A stretch of 39,815 bases of DNA, from positions 1 to 39,815 of the forward strand of contig JBKHHV010000001.1 of assembly GCA_046539005.1 (NCBI GenBank), written 5' to 3'. The notes under the pieces are model-generated. The model did not search any database and was not told where the DNA came from. It saw nothing but the letters and a program-made list of their open reading frames with translations. Within the stretch, counting starts at the first letter, position 1. Each line of letters opens with the position of its first letter. The stretch is from Phycisphaerae bacterium. GTDB lineage: Bacteria; Planctomycetota; Phycisphaerae; SM23-33. The translations under genes and the position numbers were made by a program. Of the stretch, positions 9,440 to 17,070 are shown in pieces.

Positions 9440-11140
9440 ATGTACAAGCTGTTCCTTTGTCTTCGATACCTGCGCAGCCGCCTGCTGGCGATTATCGCCA
9501 TGCTGGCCGTGTCGCTGTGCGCGTTCATGCTGATTGTGGCCGTCAGCGTCATGAACGGGTTCGTGGACAAGCTCGAAGACGCCGCCAAGGGGCTCTTCGG
9601 CGACGTCATCATCGAGGGCACCAGCGCTACCGGTTTCGGGCTCTACGACGAGTTCATCGCCGAGATGACCGACCCCGAGACCGGCGTCGAGCACGTAGAG
9701 GCGGCCTCGCCGTTCATCCACACCGGCGGACTGCTGCGGGTCCCGGGCGACAGCGACTTCCAGCGCGTCGTGCAGATCGCCGGCATTCGCCTGCCGCAAC
9801 GGTCGGCCGTGACGGATTTTCAGGAAGGTCTGTGGATGCAGAAGGACCTTCCGCACGCCTCGTGGGATCCGAACTTCTCACTGCTGATCGATCGGCTGCG
9901 GGAGGAGATGCGCGAGGTGGAGCAGTTCGCCCGGCAGCTCGAGGAAGGCGGGGAGGAGGCTCTGCCCGCCAACGTCGCCGCCACCATCGCCCGTGCCCGC
10001 TCCGCCCAGCACCAGATGGGTTACGGGCTCAGCGCGCTCCAGCAGGCCAGGCCCTACCAGCCCGCCATCCGCAAAATGCTGGACCGCCTCTCGGCCGCCC
10101 GGGAAACCGCCGGCGGCGGCGAGATGACCGACGAGATGGTCGAGCTGGAGGACAAGCTCTTCGAGCTTCTCCAGAAGGCCGCCGTTCGGCCGCCGGGAGA
10201 ACGGGCGATCGTCGGGGCGCGGATTCCCGGCTTCAGCTTCCGGACCGACTTCGGGCGGACCGTGCGGTTCATGGTGCCCGGGCACGACATCGTGCTGGTG
10301 GTGTTCCCCATCGGCCGACGGATTACCGAGACGGACATCTCGCTGCCCAAGCGTCGCCTGACGGTCATCGACGAGGCGGCCACCGACATCTACCAGATTG
10401 ACTCGCAGTACGTGTTCATCCCGTTCGAGACGGCCCAGATGCTCAACGACATGTCGGCCCGTGAGGATCCCAACGACCCGTCGCGGATCGTGCGGCCGGC
10501 GAGGACCAGCAGCATCCACGTGAAGGTGGACCCCGCCCTGGGCGGCGACGAGACGAAGCTGCGCCACATCGCTGTGGAGATCGAGAAACGCTGGGCCGCC
10601 TTCCGCGAGAAGAACCCCCTGGCGTGGGCGGGCTCGGACGTGGAGGTGGGCACCTGGCGGCAGCGGCAGGCGAAGGTCATTGCCCCCATTCAGGCCCAGC
10701 GGACGCTGGTGGCGATCATGTTCGGCATCATGTCGCTGGTGGCACCGGCGGTGATTTTCGTCATCTTCTACATGATCGTCGTGCAGAAGACCAAGGACAT
10801 CGGCGTGCTCAAGGCGATCGGGGCATCGAGCCCCGGCGTGGCGGGTATCTTCCTGGCCTACGGGGCCCTGGTGGGCGTCGCGGGGGCGCTGGTGGGGCTG
10901 GTCGGCGGGTTCTTCTTCGTCAAGAATATCAACCCCGTGCACGACTGGATGGGACGCACCATGGGCTTCCAGGTCTGGTCGCCCGAAACGTTCCTGTTTA
11001 CCGAGATTCCCAACCAGGTCGACTGGGCGGCCGCGGTACTCATCGTGGTCGGTGCGGCGCTGGCGGGCGTGGCGGGGGCGTTGGTCCCGGCCGTCCATGC
11101 CGCACGCATGCAACCGGTGGAGGCGCTGCGATATGAATGA
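9440..11140 (+). CDS. FtsX-like ABC transporter permease (LolC/E-type), with an enlarged periplasmic domain
   Basis: N-terminus MYKLFLCLRYLRSRLLAIIAMLAVSLCAFMLIVAVSVMNGF is LolC/E-like. There is a C-terminal 3-TM FtsX domain. Its stop overlaps the ATPase start (ATGAATGA). Confidence 0.85.
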   Translation: MYKLFLCLRYLRSRLLAIIAMLAVSLCAFMLIVAVSVMNGFVDKLEDAAKGLFGDVIIEGTSATGFGLYDEFIAEMTDPETGVEHVEAASPFIHTGGLLRVPGDSDFQRVVQIAGIRLPQRSAVTDFQEGLWMQKDLPHASWDPNFSLLIDRLREEMREVEQFARQLEEGGEEALPANVAATIARARSAQHQMGYGLSALQQARPYQPAIRKMLDRLSAARETAGGGEMTDEMVELEDKLFELLQKAAVRPPGERAIVGARIPGFSFRTDFGRTVRFMVPGHDIVLVVFPIGRRITETDISLPKRRLTVIDEAATDIYQIDSQYVFIPFETAQMLNDMSAREDPNDPSRIVRPARTSSIHVKVDPALGGDETKLRHIAVEIEKRWAAFREKNPLAWAGSDVEVGTWRQRQAKVIAPIQAQRTLVAIMFGIMSLVAPAVIFVIFYMIVVQKTKDIGVLKAIGASSPGVAGIFLAYGALVGVAGALVGLVGGFFFVKNINPVHDWMGRTMGFQVWSPETFLFTEIPNQVDWAAAVLIVVGAALAGVAGALVPAVHAARMQPVEALRYE

Positions 11141-11840
11141 CGCCCAACCCACACCGGCCGTGGTAACCCGCGACCTTCGCAAGAGCTACCGCCTGGGCAA
11201 GGTGACCCTCGACGTGCTGAGGGGCGTGAACTTCCGCGTGAAGCCCGGGGAATTTGTGGCCGTCACCGGCGCCTCGGGCAGCGGCAAGAGCACGCTGCTG
11301 CACCTCATCGGCCTGCTCGACCGCCCCGACGCCGGCGAGATCACGCTGGATGGGGAGGCAATCTCCGGGCTGCCCGCCCGCCGTCGCAACGCGATCCGCT
11401 GCTCGGAGGTGGGCTTCGTGTTCCAGTTCTATCACCTCCAGCCGGAACTGACGGTGCTGGAAAACGTGCTCATGCCCGCCATGGTCGACAGCACCGCCGT
11501 CGGCTGGTGGCAACGGGCATCCGACGCCCGCGGCCGCGCCGAGCATCTGCTGGAGGAAATGGGCCTCGCCGAGCGCCGGCGGCACCGTCCCAAGGAATTG
11601 TCCGGCGGGGAACGCCAGCGGGTCGCCTTGGCGCGGGCCCTGATGAACGCCCCCAAGTTGCTGCTGGCCGACGAGCCGACCGGCAACCTCGACAGCAGAA
11701 CCGGGCGGAAAATTATCGACCTGCTGCGCGACTACAATCGCCGTCACCACCAGACGGTCGTCATGGTGACCCACGACGATGACCTGGCCTCCGAGGCCGG
11801 GCGATTCGTCACGCTCCAGGACGGCGTCCTGACGAAGTAA
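11133..11840 (+). CDS. ABC transporter ATP-binding protein (LolD/MacB-type)
   Basis: Walker A GASGSGKST, signature LSGGERQRVALARAL and Walker B LLLADEPTGNLD. The start at 11133 (MNDAQ) overlaps the permease stop by 8 nt. Confidence 0.9.
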   Translation: MNDAQPTPAVVTRDLRKSYRLGKVTLDVLRGVNFRVKPGEFVAVTGASGSGKSTLLHLIGLLDRPDAGEITLDGEAISGLPARRRNAIRCSEVGFVFQFYHLQPELTVLENVLMPAMVDSTAVGWWQRASDARGRAEHLLEEMGLAERRRHRPKELSGGERQRVALARALMNAPKLLLADEPTGNLDSRTGRKIIDLLRDYNRRHHQTVVMVTHDDDLASEAGRFVTLQDGVLTK

Positions 11841-11882
11841 CGCCCGCCCCCGGGCGGCCGTCTGCCTGGCCTCGCGGGAGCG

Positions 11883-13331
11883 TCACTCCACCGACGCGAC
11901 GTCCGGCTTGCGGGCCGCGAGCGTCTCGTCCGGGCGGGTGATGGCGGCGGTCTTCGGCATCGCCTCGAAGGCGTCGGGCTCTTCGTCGGCCAGTTTCGCC
12001 AGTTCGATCATCACCTCAATGAAGTGATCCAGCGTTTCCTTGCTCTCGGTCTCGGTCGGCTCGACCATCATCGCCTCGGGCACCGTCAGCGGGAAGTAGA
12101 CCGTGGGGGGGTGAATCCGCCGGTCGATCAGCGCCTTGGCGATGTCTTTGGCGTGCACGCCGCGCTGGGCCTGGCGGGAGGCGCTGAACACGCACTCGTG
12201 CTTGCAGACCTGTCCGAAGGGCAGTTCGTAGTAGTCCTTGAGCTTCTCCTTGACATAGTTGGCGTTGAGCACGGCGTTCTCGCTGACGCGCTCCAGGCCC
12301 TCGCGCCCGAGCATCAGCATGTAGGCGTACGCCCGCAGCACGATGCCGAAGTTCCCGTAGAACGGGGCGACGTAGCCGATGCTGTGGGGGCGGTCGTAGT
12401 CCAGCCAGTGGCTGCCGTCCTCGCGCTCCTGGACGATCGAGATCGGCAGGAACTCGACCAGCTTGTCCACCACGCCCACCGGTCCGGCGCCGGGCCCGCC
12501 CCCGCCGTGGGGGGTGGCGAAGGTCTTGTGCAGGTTCACGTGCACGATGTCGAAGCCCAGGTCGCCCGGGCGGCACCGTCCCAGGAGGGCATTGAGATTC
12601 GCCCCGTCATAGTAGTTGAGTCCGTCGACGCTGTGGATCAGGTCGCAGATCTCCTTCACGTGCGGGTTGAACAGCCCCAGCGTATTGGGGCAGGTGAGCA
12701 TCACCCCGGCCACCTCGTCGTCGAGGGCGGCCTTCATCGCTTCCAGGTCCATCACCCCGTTTTCGTCGGAGGGGATGGTGACCACCTCGTATCCGGCGAT
12801 CGCCGCCGAAGCGGGGTTGGTGCCGTGCCCGCTGTCGGGGATCAGCACGGTTTTCTTCGTGTTGCCCTTCGCGCGGTGGTAGGCCGCCATGATCATCGCG
12901 CCGGTCAGTTCGCCGTGAGCCCCGGCCAGCGGCTGCATGGTGAACTGGGCCATCCCGCAGATCTCGCTGAGCATGCGGTCCATGTGGTAGAGCACCGCCA
13001 GGGCGCCCTGGACATACTGCTCGCCGGTGGGAAGCTGCGGCAGCAGGGGGTGCAGGTCGGCGAAGCCGGGGTCGTGCCCGACGACCTCGGCCATCTTGGG
13101 ATTGTACTTCATGGTGCAGGAGCCCAGCGGGTAGAAGCCGCTGTCGACACCGAAGTTCCGCCGCGACAGTTCGGTAAAGTGGCGGACCACGTCCAGTTCG
13201 CTGAGTTCCGGCAGGTCGGCCGGCTCGTCGCGAAGCAGCGACTTGTTGATGTAGACGGTGTCGGCGACGTCGACCGGGGCGGGGCGGACACCCCGTCGGC
13301 CGGGCACGGATTTCTCGAAGATCAGGTCCAT
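11883..13331 (-). CDS. gcvPB: Glycine dehydrogenase (aminomethyl-transferring) subunit 2
   Basis: PLP-lysine region VNLHKTFATPHGGGGPGAGP. Length 482 aa. It is the last gene of the gcvT-H-PA-PB string. Confidence 0.92.
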   Translation of the reverse strand: MDLIFEKSVPGRRGVRPAPVDVADTVYINKSLLRDEPADLPELSELDVVRHFTELSRRNFGVDSGFYPLGSCTMKYNPKMAEVVGHDPGFADLHPLLPQLPTGEQYVQGALAVLYHMDRMLSEICGMAQFTMQPLAGAHGELTGAMIMAAYHRAKGNTKKTVLIPDSGHGTNPASAAIAGYEVVTIPSDENGVMDLEAMKAALDDEVAGVMLTCPNTLGLFNPHVKEICDLIHSVDGLNYYDGANLNALLGRCRPGDLGFDIVHVNLHKTFATPHGGGGPGAGPVGVVDKLVEFLPISIVQEREDGSHWLDYDRPHSIGYVAPFYGNFGIVLRAYAYMLMLGREGLERVSENAVLNANYVKEKLKDYYELPFGQVCKHECVFSASRQAQRGVHAKDIAKALIDRRIHPPTVYFPLTVPEAMMVEPTETESKETLDHFIEVMIELAKLADEEPDAFEAMPKTAAITRPDETLAARKPDVASVE

Positions 13332-13394
13332 GGTCGTCTCGTTTCTGCAGCAGCAGGGGCGGTCATGCCCTGCCCTCGCTGCCGTTTCCTTCCG

Positions 13395-14726
13395 CTAGAG
13401 GCTCACCTCGACCGCATGGGCCAGCAGGTCGATCTCGGCCTTGGTTCGCTTTTCGGTAATCGCCAGCAGCAGGGCGTTTTCCATCTCGGGGTAGTATCGC
13501 ACCAGCGGGAAGCCGGCGGAGATGTCCTGTTCCAGCAGGCGGCGGATGACCCGGTCGGCCCGGTTGGGCAGGCGCAGCACGAACTCGTTGAAGAAGTGTC
13601 GCCGGCCGAACCACATCTCGACTCCCGGGATCGCCAGCAGTCGCTCGCGTGCGTAGGAGGCCTTCTCGGCACAGTATTTCGCCAGTTCCACCAGCCCCTG
13701 CTTGCCCAGCAGGGAGAGGTAGATGACGCTGGTAAGTGCACACAACCCCTGGTTGGTGCAGATGTTGCTCATCGCCTTCTCACGCCGGATGTGCTGCTCG
13801 CGGGCCTGGAGGGTCAGTACGAAACCTTCGTTGCCGTTGGCGTCGAGGGTCTTGCCGGCGATCCGCCCGGGCATCTTGCGCATGTACTTGGTCCGCGTGG
13901 CCATGAACCCCAGGTACGGGCCGCCGAAACTCAGCGGCAGCCCCAGCGACTGCCCCTCACCGGTGACGATGTCGGCGTCCATTGCTCCCGGGGTCTTCAC
14001 CAGCCCCAGCGAGATCGGATAGCAGGAGACAATCAGCAACGCCCCGGCCTCGTGGACGATCTGCGCCAGATCGGCGAAGTCGTCCAGGCAGCCGAAGAAG
14101 TTGGGATTCTGGACCACCACGGCCGCGGTGTCATCGGAAAGGGCCTCGGCGATCGCCTGGCGGTCGGCAAGCCCGACGTTCGCCTGCGTCTCGGTCAGTT
14201 CGATGCCGAGGTTGGAGGTGTAGCTGCGGATCATCGTGCGGTAAATCGGGCTGACCGACTCGTCGACGATCACGGCGTTGCGCCGGGTGATCCGCATCGC
14301 CATCATCACCGCCTCATAGAGGGCGGTGCCGCCGTCGTACAGCGACGCGTTGGCCACCTCCATGCCCGTCAGCCGTGCGATCGCCGACTGGTACTCGTAA
14401 ATCGCCTGCAGGGTGCCCTGGCTGATCTCCGGCTGATAGGGCGTGTAGGCGGTGTAGAACTCGCTGCGCGAGACCAGCGCGTCGACCGCGGCGGGAATGA
14501 AGTGGTCGTAAAATCCACCACCCAGAAAGTTTACGAAACGCCCGGCGTTGCGATCGGCCATCGCACGCAGCGTGCGGCGGACCTCCTGCTCGCTCAGACC
14601 GGCCGGGAGATTCAGCGGGCTGCAGCGCAGCTCCGGCGGAATGTCGGCGAACAGATCCTCGGCCGAAAGCCCGATCTCCTCGAGCATGGCCTGTCGTTGC
14701 TCGTCGGTATTGGCGATAAATGGCAT
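13395..14726 (-). CDS. gcvPA: Glycine dehydrogenase (aminomethyl-transferring) subunit 1
   Basis: N-terminus MPFIANTDEQRQAMLEEIGL and TAYTPYQPEISQGTLQAIYEYQ. I chose the start at ATG 14726. The track ORF extends to 14819. Confidence 0.9.
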   Translation of the reverse strand: MPFIANTDEQRQAMLEEIGLSAEDLFADIPPELRCSPLNLPAGLSEQEVRRTLRAMADRNAGRFVNFLGGGFYDHFIPAAVDALVSRSEFYTAYTPYQPEISQGTLQAIYEYQSAIARLTGMEVANASLYDGGTALYEAVMMAMRITRRNAVIVDESVSPIYRTMIRSYTSNLGIELTETQANVGLADRQAIAEALSDDTAAVVVQNPNFFGCLDDFADLAQIVHEAGALLIVSCYPISLGLVKTPGAMDADIVTGEGQSLGLPLSFGGPYLGFMATRTKYMRKMPGRIAGKTLDANGNEGFVLTLQAREQHIRREKAMSNICTNQGLCALTSVIYLSLLGKQGLVELAKYCAEKASYARERLLAIPGVEMWFGRRHFFNEFVLRLPNRADRVIRRLLEQDISAGFPLVRYYPEMENALLLAITEKRTKAEIDLLAHAVEVSL

Positions 14727-14858
14727 GGAAGACTCCGGGGTGTCGATAAGCGGCTGCCCGACCACTTGGCGGGGCGAACCGGCTAACCGTTCAATTCGGC
14801 GCGGCGGCGTGTCGGTCACTGCCTGCGGATTGTCGGCGGGCAGGCGCCGCCTCGGGTG

Positions 14859-15245
14859 TCAGTCGTCCTGGGCGGCGAGGAACTTCTCGTAATCCGTCGG
14901 CTTCATGAGCTTTTCCAGGTCGGCGGGGCTGGTAAGGGTCAGCCGGTAGATCCAGCCGTCAGTGTACGGGTCGGAGTTCACCAGCCCGGGATCGTCTTCG
15001 AGGCTGTCGTTGACCTCGCTGATCTCTCCGCCGGCCGGGGCGTATACGCTGGCGGCCGCCTTGCAGCTCTCCAGCGACAGCGCCTCCTCGCCCTGCCGGA
15101 CCTTCTTGCCCTTGTCGGGCAATTCCACGAAGGTCAGGTCGCCCAGTTGCTCCTGGGCGTGCTCGGTGATGCCCACCGTGCCGGTCTGGCCGTCGACGCG
15201 AATCCACTCGTGCTGTTCGGTATACAACAGATCATCCGGTACCAT
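14859..15245 (-). CDS. gcvH: Glycine cleavage system H protein
   Basis: 128 aa. YTEQHEWIRV and the lipoyl-lysine motif LESCKAAASVYAP. The canonical motif is ESVKA; here Cys precedes the Lys. Confidence 0.92.
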   Translation of the reverse strand: MVPDDLLYTEQHEWIRVDGQTGTVGITEHAQEQLGDLTFVELPDKGKKVRQGEEALSLESCKAAASVYAPAGGEISEVNDSLEDDPGLVNSDPYTDGWIYRLTLTSPADLEKLMKPTDYEKFLAAQDD

Positions 15246-15293
15246 TGCTTCCGGTCCTTTCCTGATATCAACGTCCAGCAGGACGTCTGCGAA

Positions 15294-16388
15294 TCACAGT
15301 TTCACTTTCTTCCGGCAGGTTCCGCTGGTGTAGAGGGGCTTCTCGACGAGGGTCGCCTCCATCTTCGCCCGCCCGGTGTCGATGACGATCGACCTGCCGG
15401 CCGCCGAAACGTCCGCCGACACGTATCCGATGCCGATGGAGGTCTGAAGCGACGGGCTGAAAGCCCCGCTGGTCACCTCGCCGGCCACTCGGCCGTCGCA
15501 GAGAATGGTATTGCCGTGGTTCGCCCGGCGGCGCGTGTCGGCCTGGAAGGCGACCAGCCGCCGTGACACGCCGGCGTCTCTTGCCCGCTCCAGTGCCTCA
15601 GCGCCGATGAAATCGTGCGTACGCGTTACGAAGAACCCTAGCTCCGCCTCCAGCGGGTTGGTGTTCTGGTCGATGTCCTCGCCGTAGAGCGGGTAGCCCA
15701 TCTCCAGGCGGAGGCTGTCGCGAGCGCCCAGGCCGGCGGGCTTCACGCCCTCCTGCCCCAGCAGCGTCTGGAACAGTCCCCCCAACTCGGCGGCGGGGTA
15801 GAAGATTTCGTACCCAAGCTCACCGGTGTAGCCGGTGCGGGAGAAGATGCACTCCACCCCGCCCACCTTGGCCCGCCGGGCACGGAAGTAGCCCAGTTCG
15901 TTCAGGTCGGCGTCGGTATGCGGCGCCAGCACCTCGGCCGACCGGGGTCCCTGCACGTCCAGCTTGCCGAAGGACGTCAGCGGCTGCACGTCGATGGACT
16001 CCGGCAGGTGCGTGCGGACCCAGCGGTGGTCCTGCTCGGCCGGGCCGGCGTTGACCACCAGGAAGAACTCTTCCTCGCCCAGGCGTGCGACGATGGTGTC
16101 ATCCAGAATGCCGCCCTGTTCGTTGAGCAGGAACCCGTACTTGCACTGCCCGACCTCCATGGCGGCACAGTCCTGCACGAGCACCTCCCCGAGCCGGTCG
16201 GCTGCGTCGGGCCCGGTAATCAGCAGTTGCCCCATGTGGCAGGTATCGAACAGGCTGACCTGCGAGCGGGTGTGGTTGTGCTCGGCAAGGATGCCCTCGT
16301 ATTGCACCGGCAGCAGCCAACCGTGGAAGTCCACGATGCGGGCTCCGAGTTTCTGATGCATGTCATGCAGGCACGTTTTGTTCGGCAC
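15294..16388 (-). CDS. gcvT: Glycine cleavage system aminomethyltransferase T
   Basis: LHDMHQKLGARIVDFHGWLLPVQY and FDTCHMGQLLITG. I propose a GTG start at 16388, preceded by GGGGAGAG 7 nt upstream. The track ORF extends to 16478, so the start is uncertain. Confidence 0.85.
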   Translation of the reverse strand: MPNKTCLHDMHQKLGARIVDFHGWLLPVQYEGILAEHNHTRSQVSLFDTCHMGQLLITGPDAADRLGEVLVQDCAAMEVGQCKYGFLLNEQGGILDDTIVARLGEEEFFLVVNAGPAEQDHRWVRTHLPESIDVQPLTSFGKLDVQGPRSAEVLAPHTDADLNELGYFRARRAKVGGVECIFSRTGYTGELGYEIFYPAAELGGLFQTLLGQEGVKPAGLGARDSLRLEMGYPLYGEDIDQNTNPLEAELGFFVTRTHDFIGAEALERARDAGVSRRLVAFQADTRRRANHGNTILCDGRVAGEVTSGAFSPSLQTSIGIGYVSADVSAAGRSIVIDTGRAKMEATLVEKPLYTSGTCRKKVKL

Positions 16389-16504
16389 GATGGCACTCTC
16401 CCCGGGTCGTCGGCCCTCTGCACTCCGGCGGCCGGTCGGCAAAGCGACCATGATGCGGGGGAACCCGCCGCGGTTCAACAGATTTCCGCCCTATCGCCTG
16501 GCGC

Positions 16505-16527
16505 CACGGGCGTCTCCGACGCCCGTG
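16505..16527. other. Perfect 10-bp-stem hairpin in the gcvT/hydB intergenic region, related to the one at 9308
   Basis: CACGGGCGTC-TCC-GACGCCCGTG. It has the same architecture as 9308-9330, with compensatory TA->CG stem changes. Confidence 0.5.
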
Positions 16528-17070
16528 CTGTCTCAATGTCGGTGGAATGCTTCGGTAGGGCGGTGCAGCTTTGCTGCCCGCCGCAGAGCCGTTCGTCATC
16601 TTGCCTTCCTTGCGTCGTCTGCAGACTGAGGCCCGGAGGGCCGGCAGAGGATAGCCGGGGGTGGAGCGAAGCGGAACCCCCGGAACAGGCGGCCCTCCTT
16701 CAGAAGGTCGCGCCGCGCCACGGGTCGTAGGTGAGGAGACGTGACAATGCCGGGGCAGGACGATCTGCCGGTGCGGCGGGCGAAGGGTGTAATGGACCAA
16801 GCCATGACGATGACGGCGCTTGTCGTGCACTTCGCGCTGCTTTCTCTGGATCGAGCCCGACAGCGCTGAACGCCAAGGCGACCCGGTGGCGTTTCGCGAA
16901 ATCTCCCATTTCGGTTTGGTGGTTGGCGGGGAGGGGGGCTAAGATACTGCAACCCGGCCGGCGGACAGGAAAGCTCCCCGCGCCGGGGTTTGGTTTTTCA
17001 GTCCCGTTGCGGGCGGCGCCACCCCGGCGACCCTATCCGCCCGCGGGGCAGACCCCTTGCCAGGACAGAC

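Noticed and set aside
11841-11856. CGCCCG-CCCC-CGGGCG hairpin between the convergent lolD-like and gcvPB genes, as a possible bidirectional terminator
   Set aside because: The stem is only 6 bp and there is no U-tract on either strand, which is too weak to call.
12024-14786. 920-aa ORF on the + strand antisense to gcvPB/gcvPA. Similar giant antisense or shadow ORFs occur at 16939..21054 (-, 1371 aa), 29432..32179 (-, 915 aa), 31854..34256 (-, 800 aa), 176..1552 (-), 35323..36702 (-), 36776..38482 (+), 1497..2612 (-) and 2912..4318 (-).
   Set aside because: Each lies opposite, or out of frame with, a gene that has clear family motifs. Their translations are Arg/Gly/Pro/Ala/His-rich low-complexity sequence, typical of stop-codon-poor frames in high-GC DNA.
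16389-16720. Glycine riboswitch expected upstream of gcvT
   Set aside because: I read the minus-strand leader and found only partial resemblances (ACCGAAGCA, CTCTGCGG). The paired GGAGAG...CCGAAGG(G/A)GCAA...CUCAGGCAAAAGGAC signatures are absent. An Infernal scan is needed before any claim.
16747-16869. 40-codon + strand ORF (MPGQDDLPVRRAKGVMDQ...) and a 78-codon minus-strand ORF starting after AAGGAAGG at ~16600, both in the gcvT/hydB spacer
   Set aside because: Codon bias is poor and there are no recognisable motifs. One of them overlaps the gcvT start out of frame. These are likely chance ORFs.
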